In this document: in pieces, positions 27,615-41,741 of the stretch
Layout of the letters: each line of letters begins with the position of its first letter
Position numbering within the stretch: the first letter of the stretch is position 1
Source of the DNA: Eledone cirrhosa
Lineage: Eukaryota
Assembly (NCBI GenBank): GCA_964016885.1
Contig: OZ024763.1
Span: forward strand, 26,350,001-26,414,000
Direction of reading: 5' to 3'
DNA length: 64,000 bases
Position numbers and translations under genes: made by a program
The notes under the pieces: model-generated
Databases searched by the model: none
Seen by the model: only the letters and a program-made list of their open reading frames with translations
What the model was told of the DNA's origin: nothing

Positions 27615-27835
27615 ACAGTTTCTAATTTAGGCACAAGGCCAACAATTTGGGGGAGAAGAGGGAGCATTAAATCAACCCCAGTATTTCACTGGTATTTTAT
27701 TTTATTAGCCTCAATACTTCACTGGTTCTCTATTATATCAAACTAGTACATGACTGGTACTGTATTATATCAACCCCCCCCCCCCCCCCCCCCAGTACAT
27801 GACTGATACTGGATTTTATCAACCCCAGTACTTGA
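27615..27835 (-). mobile_element. Fragments of the abundant tRNA-SINE (GGCACAAGGCC...ATCGACCCC family)
   Basis: Similarity to the fuller copy at 56067-56253. Confidence 0.7.
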
Positions 27836-27890
27836 CCAAAATAAAGGGAGATAATTCTAGCAAATATGGCTGGTTTAAATGGTAAAACGG

Positions 27891-28107
27891 TTAACTCTTT
27901 AGCTTTTACATTACTCTATATTTACTATTGTATTTTCACAGAAAAGGCTTTACCTCACATAATATCGAATCTATGAGATTTTGATGTTTAATTTCAGAAC
28001 AATACCTTAACATAAATATGAGCAGCCAGTTACAGCCGGTTTGAACAGAAACAGGTGAGAGAATTCTGGCCAGATACAGCCGATTAAAATGCTAAATAAA
28101 GGGTTAA
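27891..28107. mobile_element. piggyBac-type MITE, orientation opposite to the copy at 1762
   Basis: TTAA-CTCTTTAGC ... AAAGGG-TTAA; internal sequence is the reverse complement of the 57240/61644 copies. Confidence 0.8.
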
Positions 28108-28143
28108 GACACGATAATAACTGATTAAAGGTAGCTAGCTTAC

Positions 28144-28344
28144 CTTTGCCTTTGTGTGGTAGGAAATTCTTCTGAGTAAGTGTTTTCTGTGAAATGACGC
28201 CCTCTGTAAGATCCCTGCCGCGACGAGGTGGCAGGAAAGGTTGTCGTACGATTCCTTTTTGTGGCAGTAGTAAACTGTGTTGCCGTAATAGCAGCTACAC
28301 GGGAGGTGGAGGAAACAGTGCTGACATTGCCAGTAGCTTCATAC
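28144..28344 (-). CDS. spen: SPEN exon, 201 nt, phase 2-2 (YEATGNVS...PTTQRQR)
   Basis: Acceptor ctttccctgcag, donor AG|GTAAGC; frame of ORF 28140..28370. Confidence 0.88.
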
Positions 28345-28409
28345 CTGCAGGGAAAGGATGACACCAACAATTAGAAAATTTAGAGTTTAATAATAATAAT
28401 GATGATAAT

Positions 28410-28910
28410 TGTTTCTACTATAGGCACAAGGCCAGCAATTTTGGGGGAGGGGAAAGTCCATTAAATCGACCCCCAGTGCGTTACTAGTAATTTATTTTAT
28501 CAACCCTGTCAGGAAGAAAGGCAAAGCTAACCTCAGCGAATAATGGTTTCTGATTTAGGCATAACGGCCACAATTTGGGGGAAAAGGCGATTAAATCGAC
28601 CCCAGTGCATGACTGGTACTCTATGTTATCGACCCCAGTGCATGACTGGTACTCTATGTTATCGACCCCATAAGCATGAAAGGCAAGGCTAACCTTGGCG
28701 AATAATAGTTTCTGATTTAGGCACAAGGCCAACAATTTTGGGGAGAGGGGAAAGTCGATTGAATCGACCCCAGTTCGTTACTGGTATTCTATTTTATCAA
28801 CCCTGTAAGGATGAAAGCCAAAGCTAACCATGGTAGGATTTGAACTCAGAATGTAAAGGGCCGTAATTCAATGCCACAAAACGCCTGACAATTTTGAAAT
28901 ACTACAGTGA
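28410..28910 (-). mobile_element. Three tandem partial tRNA-SINE copies
   Basis: Repeated GGCA(C/T)AA(G/C)GCC...ATCGACCCC...GAAAGGCAA; B-box complement ggatttgaactc. Confidence 0.8.
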
Positions 28911-28940
28911 ACTTCTATTGAAATAAACAAAGTCTCTAAC

Positions 28941-29125
28941 CGTGCAGTGTCCTCTTTGTAGGCAGATGGGGTTGCAGGTGAATCATAATACTCAAAGCTT
29001 GTTCCTCTGTTGTGTCTATATAAGCGACCCCCACGCTCATCAGGACGTTCTCCAGGCTGCAACTGACCGGTCCATTCCATTTTCTCAAAAAATGCCGTCT
29101 GACAATCCCGACTAGCAAAATCAAT
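28941..29125 (-). CDS. spen: SPEN exon, 185 nt, end of RRM4 and C-terminal helix (IDFASRDCQTAFFEKME...)
   Basis: Acceptor tttgcttgtag, donor CG|GTTAGA; resembles vertebrate VDFANRESQLAFYHCME; follows a 16-kb intron. Confidence 0.93.
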
Positions 29126-29591
29126 CTACAAGCAAACACAAAAGACAAAAATGGGTTCAGCTTAGAGAGTTGAGGTCCAGGACATCTTTTTCAGGGGTTT
29201 TTTTTTTTTTTAAACCCCATCACATTAAAAAAACACACATTGAAACATTTCAAGAGAGTAAAATAAACAAAGTCGTACTGACTCCAATAAAAACTGGAAA
29301 TAATGAAATATTTAACAATATAAAATGTTTTGGTATCTTGTAATAATTGGTTATTTTGGTTAAAAATGTTTTACATATATATGATTAAAAAAAAAGAGAA
29401 AACCTTTGTTTTGTAGCTGAACACACCAATATGAGCCCTAGAAAAATATTAGACCACTACCCACTAGTATTTAGTACAGTTTTAACAGTTAAAAGAGAAT
29501 TCACATCTTCCTTAACTTCATTTACACAAACAATTATTCAAATTATTCGTATTAATTCGAAATGTTAAATAAAGCAAAAAAAAAAAAAAAA

Positions 29592-29627
<36 letters not shown>

Positions 29628-29933
29628 TAAAGCAAATTATTATATTAAGATGTTAGAAGCAGAGTTAGAAAACCAATTACAGTGAAAACAATGTTTTTGT
29701 TGGGTTAAATTATTCAGTTTAGAAAAAAAAATGTTCTTTTTAAATTTCAAAATTTAAAGAAAATCAAAAATGAGTATAAAAAGAAAAAAAACTTAAAAAC
29801 TAATTTACGTGAATTCCCTAAAACAACCAAGCCATCTTAAGTTATAACTTCACCAAAACAAACTACTACAGTCTAAATCAGAGGTTCCCAAACTTCTGTG
29901 TCTCCCAGATCCTGGCTAGGTGCTTTTAACCAC

Positions 29934-30052
29934 AAAGCTACTTAAGATGGAAAAAGATGTTGCCATTAGCCGCTATGAGAAATTCTGACAGATACAAGGT
30001 TTAATTCCTCATGGAGGCTGAAGGCAACTTCTTTTTCCATTTTAAGTAGCTT
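29934..30052. mobile_element. Foldback (palindromic) MITE, short copy
   Basis: aagctacttaagatggaaaaagatgttgcc ... ggcaacttctttttccattttaagtagctt are inverted arms; related to 48488-48712. Confidence 0.75.
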
Positions 30053-30112
30053 CATAGTTAAAAGTACCTATCCGGTATATATATATACATACACTTTGTG
30101 TGTGTGTATATA

Positions 30113-30180
<68 letters not shown>

Positions 30181-30234
30181 TATAAAAGAGAAAACATGAA
30201 TTTTCTGCTTCCCTAACTATATATATATATATAT

Positions 30235-30551
30235 CATCATTTCATTTTACGTCCACTTTTTCCCTGCTTACAAGGGTGGGACAGGAACTGATTCTGGCTT
30301 GATTTCTACAGCTGGATGCCCTTCCTAACACCAACCTGGGTGCTTTTTTGCCGTGGCACCTCCACGACCACTTTGCAGTGGAATGATAGGGACCCCAGTC
30401 CCTATCATCTCATTTCTACAGCCGAGTAAACTCGAGCAATGTGAAATAAAGTATCTTGCTCAAGGAAACAACACATCACCCGGTCTGAGAATTGAACTCA
30501 CAACCTTTCGATTGCAAGGCCAATGCTCTAACCACTAAGCCATGTGCCTCC
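30235..30551 (-). mobile_element. tRNA-derived SINE, same family as 1370-1707
   Basis: Near-identical sequence apart from a short internal deletion. Confidence 0.85.
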
Positions 30552-30623
<72 letters not shown>

Positions 30624-30626
<3 letters not shown>

Positions 30627-30950
30627 GTTCAATCCCTCATAGTGGCTGATGGCAAAATCTATTTCTGTTTTGAATATCTTCTTAGTTATAAACACCTATC
30701 TTGTTATCTAGGAGATACAGGGTTCAACCCCTCGTGGCAGTCGATGGCAAATTACCTGTCTATTTTAAGTAGCTTCATGGTTAAAAGCACTTATCCATTA
30801 CCTGGAAGATATGGGATTGAATTCCTCATAGCAGCCAATGGAAAATTCTTTTTCAGTCTTTTAAGGGTCTCCACCCAATTTTATATTATCTCTGCGCATG
30901 AGCAAATCCCCCTCAACATTAACTATATATGTTCAGCGCTTAAAAGTATA
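30624..30950. mobile_element. Three tandem half-copies of the foldback MITE
   Basis: Repeated gggttcaa..cctcat/g..gatggcaaa..ttttaag arms. Confidence 0.6.
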
Positions 30951-31393
30951 AAGATTTTAAACATTCTTAATCAGTAATTCTAATCTTTGTATAAATATGA
31001 TTGAGCTGGATAGATTTCTGAGCTGCCACAAACTGAGTAGTACTACACAATGGTAGGGATACTATGCAACAGCAAGGACAGTACTATATGGCAATTAGAG
31101 AAGCAGTACTATGGAATAAATGAGAGCTGTATGTATGTATGTATGTACTATATGACAATGTACTATATGACAATTAGAGCAGCAGTACTACGCAACAACG
31201 AAGGTAGCAGTACTACGGTACAGTGAGGGCAATACTACACAATAATCAGGGCTATACTATGACAATAAGAGCAACAATACTACAAAATGCGAGCAGTAAA
31301 TACTATATGTATGTATATGTATGTATTACAATCATAAAGCAAAAAAAAAAAAAAAACCGATGTGATATATATATATATATATATACATACATA

Positions 31394-31469
31394 TACAGGG
31401 TGTCCAAAAAGAATGTACTTCAACAGCATTCTAATCAAAGTGTATATACATTTTTGGGGACAACCTGTA
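31394..31469. mobile_element. Tiny Tc1/mariner-type MITE
   Basis: TA-CAGGGTGTCC ... GGACAACCTG-TA; relatives at 40425-40529 and 55279-55322. Confidence 0.7.
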
Positions 31470-31544
31470 TATAAATATTCATATATATATATATCTTTAG
31501 TATATGTATATAAATATTATATATATATATATATATACATACAC

Positions 31545-31644
<100 letters not shown>

Positions 31645-33949
31645 CATACATACATACACATATATATATATACATATATATATACACATATATATATATA
31701 CACATATATATATATATATACACATATATACATCTATTAGCAGAATCGACTAGCAAATAGCTAAAATACTCTACAGCATTTATACAAGGTATATGAAAAA
31801 ATGAGGCATAGTTTGAAAACATTCTGGAAGGTTTGCTGAGATGAGGAATGACAGTTGAGCTGGAAACCCAGAGCCAAGATCACAGAGGTAGGGTGGATCA
31901 AGACATTTAAGAAGAGGATTTTCATTTCAGGTTCAAAGAGGACTGATGGAAAGCCATTCAATCAAATCTAAAGAAAAAAAATCCCCTCTCACAACTTCGA
32001 TATGGTAGGTTTAATTCAAAGAAAAACCACAGAATATTTAATTTTATTTTACTCAGAAATTGCCACAGAAACTACAATATTTTTCTATTGCTGTGTATCC
32101 CAACCACTCTTAAAAATATTTCTTCTTTCTTACAAATAAAAATGCTTAATTATTTTTAAATTGACTCTTAACGGACATGTATCACATGAAACCACATTAG
32201 CAAGACATTCTTGCAAACAACACTTTGACTGCATCACATTAAATATTAAAATCTTTACACTAATACTGTAAATTTTGATAACAATCTGTCCACTAGTAAA
32301 GATACTATAAACATTTCAATTGACCAAAACCTATTTTTTAGATATTTTCTGCTGAATCATTTACAGGATGTTAAGAGTTAATGGAGAAGACAAGAGGAAG
32401 AGAAGAAATTAATAACTTGTGAGATAATGGAAATATTTCATATCAACATATTGATAACTGTGACCTGAGAATAACAAATTGTAGGTATAACAACCACTAA
32501 CATTATACACACTCACAGGCATATATATAAAGGATTATCGAAGTATATATACAAAATGAGTATGTATAATAAACATACACATAGCCCCACTGTATTTTAA
32601 GCTGTGATCTCATCTCAGCATCCATGTAAGAGGAATGTATATATATTTCAGGATTGTTATCCATCTTCAGTATATGCTTTCTTACTAGAAGGAGACTATG
32701 TTTACGTTTATTATACACAAAACATGCTGTATCTATATATATATATATTTATGTGTGTTCACATATTTATCTTTATTCTGTACCACTGTCTTAGGACTAT
32801 CACTAAACAAAAGATTGTGTGTCTGCTCTCTCTCTCCATATCTATCTATCTATATATATAAATATATGTGTGTGTATCCCAGGTCCAATCAGGGGTAACC
32901 AAAGTAAGTAAGGTACTCAATATATAGCAGAGTATAAATGTTTAATATAGAACTGGCTTCTACAGGACTAGAACTGTTTCATTCGAAGGAGATTTCCTTC
33001 AAATGAAACAGTTCTAGTCCTGTAGAAACCATATATATATATATATCTAGAGAGATAGAGAGATAGATAGGTAGATAGATAGAGAGAGAAAGTGATCTAC
33101 TTTCAGGTGTCGTATTCTAAATCCTTCTGCCTGGCATTACTTTTAAGGTTTGTTTACTAAGAAAATATCAACTGGAAACTGGAGATTTGAGGAAGAGGAG
33201 GTAGAATATAGGAAGCCATTCTGGAAAAGGGAGGGAGGAGGGAGAGAGAGATTTGGACAGCTAAAAAAAAAATATAAAAAGAACAAAACAAAAAAAAACT
33301 AAAATAATTTTTTTTCTGTTTCGTTTTAATTAAATTTTATCTGGACCATTACAGCAAGCAAATGACAAAAAGACAGAGAAAGTGCCAAAAGAAGAGAATA
33401 AATAAATAAATAAATAAATAAATAAATAGATAAAGAAAAAGAAAGAAAGAAAAGAAAAAAATAATAATAAAAATAATAATAAAATTAAAAAAATATCATG
33501 CTAACATAATTTCTTAGAAATGCAGAAAAATACTTCTGCATGCAGTGCCCCTATGAGGTCTGAGCAGTCAACAGTAGAAATATAACATCATGCTTGCTAT
33601 GTTTTAAACGCAGTGGAGTACAAAGTTAACAAAATACTGGGCATTAACCCTCTTGGCGCTGTCGGCAACATATGGCGTCGATAGAGTTACCTCCCCTTAA
33701 TACATGACACAGTGTCAAAGGAAGAAATCCATTAAAAAAAAATTCAGAAGGTTAAGAAAGGGGTGGACAAAATAAGTATGTTGTTTTTGTCTGTTTAATT
33801 TTTTTTCGTTTTTTTTTTTTGGAGGGGGCGAGAGACAGGTCTCTTTAAAAATAATTTATATATATTTTTTTATGGAGGTTTCATACAGCGGAGAAATGTG
33901 TATGGCTAATCATTCGGATGCTGCAAGGCTGGTTGCTCTTATAAAAACT

Positions 33950-35295
<1,346 letters not shown>

Positions 35296-35692
35296 AGTTC
35301 ATTCACATTTACCTCCAACTAAATAAGGACACAAAATTGTTATTAACTTACATTGAGATGTCCACCGAGTCTAAAGTCACCAGTCTACAAAGATCCATTA
35401 AAGGGAAAAAATACTAACTCTCAGAAATCGTAGCAAGTTAATGTGATCAATCAAGATATTAGCAAATATCAGTGAACAAAGTTGTAGTGGAGAGGTGAGG
35501 GGTGGGTGGAGGGGAGGGAGGAATGGGATAGGGTGGGCTGGAATGGAGGGGAGAAGTGTGGAGAGATTAGTTTGGAGGTTAGGGTTAGGGTTAGCACTGA
35601 CCTATGGTTGAAGTAGAAAGCACAACACACAGAAAAACAGACAGAGAAACATATGCATATATTATATATAGAGAGAGTAATAATGAGGGTTT

Positions 35693-35735
<43 letters not shown>

Positions 35736-35863
35736 GGGTGTAGGTATAGTAACAATGAGGGTCTTGGTTGGAATTAGTATGTGTGTATATACATATATAA
35801 CCCATGCTAGCATGGAAGATAGATGTTAATCGATGATGGTGATGATGTTATATATATATATAA

Positions 35864-36035
35864 TTGTTTCTACAATAGGCACAAGGCCAGCAATTATTCC
35901 AGTATATTACTGGTACTTTATTTTATCGACCCCCGTAAGGATGAAAGGCAAAGTTAACCTCGGCAGGATTTGAACTCAGAATGGCAAGGGCCGTAACTAT
36001 GCGTCAAAGCATGGCGTCTGACCCTCTACCGATAC

Positions 36036-36077
<42 letters not shown>

Positions 36078-36260
36078 GTTTCTACTTTAGGCACAAGGCC
36101 AGCAATTATCCCAGTGTATTACTGGTACTTTATTTTATCGAGCCCCATCAGGATGAAAGGCAAAGTCAACCTTGGCGGGATTTGAACTCAGATCGTAAAG
36201 GGACGTAACTCTATGCTGGAAAGCATGGCGTCCGACCCTCTACCGATACTGCCAATCCAC
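35864..36260 (-). mobile_element. Two tandem tRNA-SINE copies
   Basis: Each runs tttctac..ggcacaaggcc..ggatttgaactcag..ctaccgatactgcc; reverse complement of 56067-56253. Confidence 0.85.
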
Positions 36261-36413
36261 ATATAATAATAATAAATGTGAAGTCTAAAATATGAAAAGG
36301 GTTCGATAAGGATTATATATATATATATAAACCCAATTCTTTACTTAAACTTTAATCTGTTCTTATGATGAATATATATATAAAGAGAGAGAGAGAGAGA
36401 GAGATAAAGAATG

Positions 36414-36800
36414 GTGTGCTCATGTGCAGAGATGCTATAAAATAGCTTATGAAATGGGATGAAGACTCTTAACCCTTTAGCTTTTACTTTACTCTATATC
36501 TACTATTGTATTTTTGTGGTAAAGGCTTTACCTCACATAATACTGAATCTATGAGATTTTGATATTTATTTTGAGACAAATATCTTAAGCTGGTTATGGC
36601 CAGTTTGAACAGAAAGAGGTGAGAGAATTCTGGCCGGATATGGCTGGTTTAAATACTAAAGAGTTAAGGATGGGAAAAGAAGTTGCCATCAGCTGCTGCG
36701 AGGAATCAAACCTCGTATCTCCCAAACACGCGGTTTGATTCCTCATAGCAGCCGATGGGTCTTCATCCTATTTTATAAGCTATTTTTCAGCATCTCTGCC
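36414..36800. mobile_element. Foldback MITE interrupted by a piggyBac-type MITE (36469-36667)
   Basis: gaagactcTTAA[MITE]TTAAggatgggaaaagaagttgcc versus empty site gaagacccTTAAagacagaaaagaagttgcc near 48535. Confidence 0.85.
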
Positions 36801-37299
36801 ACTCTTTATATTAACTTTATCCCCTCGGCACTGCGTAAAAGCCTGATAGGTTAGCTATATATATATATATATATGTATATGAAATATGTGAAATAATTAA
36901 ACAAAAACCACTATATTATCAATGGATATATAAATGTTATGAAAGATAAAAGGGTTTGTTTTGGGGCAGGGGGTTTTCGTTTGGTGGGGTAAAGAGAGTA
37001 CATTTTTTTTTTTAAACAGTACAATAAAAAATATATTTAATTTCTCCAGAGTGAAGATAAAATAGAAGTGTCATGACAGTGGTGGTGAGGTGGAAATGGA
37101 AATTTTAGTATTTAGATAATATTAACTCGTACTTATTACGTTGGGAGGTTTTAATTTGAATAAGAACCCTTTAAAATGGCGAGTTCTGTTTCATAGAACC
37201 AGGGACAGGTTGAGATAGGTTGGTATCAAAAGGATTGAAATATTTTATCAAAGGATTTTTAAACATCAGAAAAAAAAGGATGAGAGGGGGGGGGGGGGG

Positions 37300-39690
37300 T
37301 AAATGAGTGTGTAAGGGTTTGTGTGATTCTGATGGTTTGTGAATGAGTGTGTAAGGGTATATGTGATTGTGATGGTTTGTGAGTGAGTGTGTAAGGGTTT
37401 GTGTGATTGTGATGGTTTGTGAATGAGTGTGTAAGGGTATATGTGATTGTGATGGTTTGTGAGTGAGTGTGTAAGGGTATGTTTGTGATGGTTTGTGAAT
37501 GAGTGTGTAAGGGTATGTGTGATTGTGATAGTTTGTGAGTGAGCGTGTAAGGGTTTGTGTTATTGTGATGGTTTTTGAATGAGTGTGTAAGGCTTTGTGT
37601 GATTGTGATGGTTTATGAGTGAGTGTGTAAGGGTTTATGTGATTGAGTGTGTAAGGGTTTGTGTGATTGTGATGGTTTGTGAGTGAGTGTGTAAGGGTTT
37701 GTGTGATTGTGATGGTTTGTGAGTGAGTGTGTAAGGGTTTGTGTGATTGTGATGGTTTGTGAGTGAGTGTGTAAGGGTTTATGTGATTGTGATGGTTTTT
37801 GAATGAGTGTGTAAGGGTTTGTGTTATTGTGATGGTTTGTGAATGAGTGTGTAAGGGTTTGTGTGATTGATGGTTTGTGAGTGAGTGTGTAAGGGTTTGT
37901 GTGATTGTGATGGTTTGTGAGTGAGTGTGTAAGGGTTTGTGTGATTGTGATGGTTTGTGAATGAGTGTGTAAGGGTTTATGTGATTGTGATGGTTTGTGA
38001 ATGAGTGTGTAAGGGTTTGTGTGATTGTGATGGTTTGTGAGTGAGTGTGTAAGGGTTTATGTGATTGTGATGGTTTGTGAATGAGTGTGTAAGGGTTTAT
38101 GTGATTGTGATGGTTTGTGAATGAGTGTGTAAGGGTTTGTGTGATTGTGATGGTTTGTGAGTGAGTGTGTAAGGGTTTGTGTGATTGTGATAGTTTGTGA
38201 GTGAGTGTGTAAGGGTTTGTGTGATTGTGATGGTTTTTGAATGAGTGTGTAAGGGTTTGTGTGATTGTGATGGTTTGTGAATGAGTGTGTAAGGGTTTGT
38301 GTGATTGTGATGGTTTGTGAGTGAGTGTGTAAGGGTTTATGTGATTGTGATGGTTTGTGAATGAGTGTGTAAGGGTTTATGTGATTGTGATGGTTTGTGA
38401 ATGAGTGTGTAAGGGTTTGTGTGATTGTGATGGTTTGTGAGTGAGTGTGTAAGGGTTTATGTGATTGTGATGGTTTGTGAATGAGTGTGTAAGGGTTTAT
38501 GTGATTGTGATGGTTTGTGAATGAGTGTGTAAGGGTTTGTGTGATTGTGATGGTTTGTGAGTGAGTGTGTAAGGGTTTATGTGATTGTGATGGTTTGTGA
38601 ATGAGTGTGTAAGGGTTTATGTGATTGTGATGGTTTGTGAATGAGTGTGTAAGGGTTTGTGTGATTGTGATGGTTTGTGAGTGAGTGTGTAAGGGTTTAT
38701 GTGATTGTGATGGTTTGTGAATGAGTGTGTAAGGGTTTATGTGATTGTGATGGTTTGTGAATGAGTGTGTAAGGGTTTGTGTGATTGTGATGGTTTGTGA
38801 GTGAGTGTGTAAGGGTTTATGTGATTGTGATGGTTTGTGAATGAGTGTGTAAGGGTTTATGTGATTGTGATGGTTTGTGAATGAGTGTGTAAGGGTTTGT
38901 GTGATTGTGATGGTTTGTGAGTGAGTGTGTAAGGGTTTATGTGATTGTGATGGTTTGTGAATGAGTGTGTAAGGGTTTATGTGATTGTGATGGTTTGTGA
39001 ATGAGTGTGTAAGGGTTTGTGTGATTGTGATGGTTTGTGAGTGAGTGTGTAAGGGTTTATGTGATTGTGATGGTTTGTGAATGAGTGTGTAAGGGTTTAT
39101 GTGATTGTGATGGTTTGTGAATGAGTGTGTAAGGGTTTGTGTGATTGTGATGGTTTGTGAGTGAGTGTGTAAGGGTTTATGTGATTGTGATGGTTTGTGA
39201 ATGAGTGTGTAAGGGTTTATGTGATTGTGATGGTTTGTGAATGAGTGTGTAAGGGTTTGTGTGATTGTGATGGTTTGTGAGTGAGTGTGTAAGGGTTTAT
39301 GTGATTGTGATGGTTTGTGAATGAGTGTGTAAGGGTTTATGTGATTGTGATGGTTTGTGAATGAGTGTGTAAGGGTTTGTGTGATTGTGATGGTTTGTGA
39401 GTGAGTGTGTAAGGGTTTATGTGATTGTGATGGTTTGTGAATGAGTGTGTAAGGGTTTATGTGATTGTCATGGTTTGTGAATGAGTGTGTAAGGGTTTGT
39501 GTGATTGTGATGGTTTGTGAGTGAGTGTGTAAGGGTTTATGTGATTGTGATGGTTTGTGAATGAGTGTGTAAGGGTTTATGTGATTGTGATGGTTTGTGA
39601 ATGAGTGTGTAAGGGTTTGTGTGATTGTGATGGTTTGTGAGTGAGTGTGTAAGGGTTTATGTGATTGTGATGGTTTGTGAATGAGTGTTT
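37300..39690. repeat. 40-bp GT-rich minisatellite, about 59 copies, with a 120-bp trimer higher-order repeat
   Basis: Unit GTGATTGTGATGGTTTGTGA(A/G)TGAGTGTGTAAGGGTTT(A/G)T; sequence repeats every 120 nt from about 38300 to 39660. Confidence 0.97.
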
Positions 39691-40424
39691 ATATAAATGT
39701 TTGTATGAGTGAGTGGTTTTCTTTTGATACCTTAAAACAAGACTACAGAGGAGGATGAAGGTAAAATAAAGTGACAAGTGGACATTTTAGTAAATAATAA
39801 TAATACTGACAACTACTTCAATTATAACAACTGATGGTATATATTTTAGAAAAATAGGGGCTGAAAGTAAATTCCCCAAAAAGGAAGGGGTGAGGTGTGG
39901 AGGGGTAAGGCAGGGTGTGGTACGGTGAGGTGTGGTGTCAAGGAGTGAAGTACAGATGAAAAGTTTAATTAAACCTGTGGCTCTCTTTCTATTTTTAGTC
40001 TGGTGGACAATAAACACATTAGAATACAACGAAGAACACAGATCTAAAACCGAAGGGCAGGAGCAGGGACTCTTAAATAAACACACCATAACTATTGATA
40101 TCGAAACCTAATGTACCGAACACAGCAAAATAAGAGAAAAAAAAACCTGGACTGATGGGGGAAAAAAAATCTACTTTATTACAGAATTATTTTTAATAAA
40201 AAGTAAGCGAATGAATATAGAAATAAATTGAACTATAATTAGTATTTCAATTTACCTAACGAGTTAAGACTTGTAAAACAAAGATTCAATGACCAAACAC
40301 AATCTTTACTGAGAAAACATCATCAACATGTTATATTTCTATGGCTTTTTTATTATTATATAACAAAACAGATTCTTTCTGAGACATGTATGTGTGTGTA
40401 TATATATGTATATAAATAAATACA

Positions 40425-40529
40425 TACACGGTACCCCCCAAAAATGTATACACACTTCAACAGCATTCTAATAAATATTGCCTGTACAGGTTATCAAAGT
40501 GTATATACATTTTGAGGGGACACCCTGTA
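40425..40529. mobile_element. Tc1/mariner-type MITE, longest copy here
   Basis: TA-CACGGTACCCCCCAAAAATGTATA ... TATACATTTTGAGGGGACACCCTG-TA. Confidence 0.7.
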
Positions 40530-40542
40530 TATATACATACAT

Positions 40543-40593
<51 letters not shown>

Positions 40594-40916
40594 AACATAT
40601 ACATATATATTTCTAAATTAAGCAGAAAGCTGGCAAAGTTGATTATACCAACTCCAGTACACTACTGGTACTTTATTTTATCGACCCTGGAAGGAAGAAA
40701 GGTAAAGCTGACCCAGGCAGGATTTCAACTCAAAATGTAAAAGAGTGGGAAGAAACTAAAGCTCTACCAATTCTGCCAATCCACCTCTCATATATATTCC
40801 TTTATTACGGTTAAGTAGTGAGTCTTGTAATTCTGGAGGTTCATCTCGAGTTTCAAGATGAGCAGACATATTTAAACTAAAACTTTCTATTATCAATCTT
40901 ATCTCAGAATATTTTG

Positions 40917-41324
40917 TTAACCCTTTAGCATTTACATTACTCTATATATACTATTGTATTTTCATGGTAAAGGGTTTATCTCACATAATATCAAATCTGA
41001 GATTTTAATGTTATTTATTTTGAGAACAATACCTTAACATCAGTATGAGGGGCCAGTTACAGCTGGTTTGAACAGAAAGAGGTAAGAAAATTCTAGCCGG
41101 ATACAGCTAGTGTAACCCTTTAGCATTTACATTACTCTATATTTCCTATTGTATTTTCATGGTAAAGGCTTTATCTCACATAATATCGAACCTATGAGAT
41201 TTTGGTATTTATTTTGAGAACAATATCTTAATATTAGTAAGGGTTCCCGGTTACAACCGGTTTCAACAGAAAGAGGTGAGAGAATTCTGGCCAGATACGG
41301 CTGGTTTCAATGCTAAAGGGTTAA
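40917..41324. mobile_element. Head-to-tail dimer of the piggyBac-type MITE
   Basis: TTAA-CCCTTTAGCATTTAC at 40917 and a second start near 41113; terminal AAAGGG-TTAA at 41324. Confidence 0.85.
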
Positions 41325-41468
41325 GGTATGTTCCAAACACCAGCTTGCTTACATTTACTAAAATCCCTCTAAATTCTTTTATTTTCAAAATTAACATGAA
41401 AGCTTAAGCAATATATTTCTCATCAGAAATATAATAATGAAACGGTTAATTTTTGTAGTCCAGAATGG

Positions 41469-41539
<71 letters not shown>

Positions 41540-41694
41540 ATCCTTGAATTGTCTGATGGATCTGTGTGTGTAGAAGAAACTACAGTGCAACAAGACTCAC
41601 TACTTAGCCGTAATAAATGAATATTAAAACTCTACTTTGGTATTGAGTATTCTTTTCCTTCATCCATCAACTACATACACATAAACACACACAC

Positions 41695-41738
<44 letters not shown>

Positions 41739-41741
<3 letters not shown>

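Noticed and set aside
27540-27667. Hydrophobic signal/TM-like N-terminus of the 4739-aa ORF
   Set aside because: It lies upstream of the acceptor at 27540 and overlaps a SINE fragment and (TTG)n, so it is intronic read-through.
35577-35593. TTAGGG telomere-like repeat, and TAAGGG in the 40-bp array
   Set aside because: Only 2-3 units; not an interstitial telomere.
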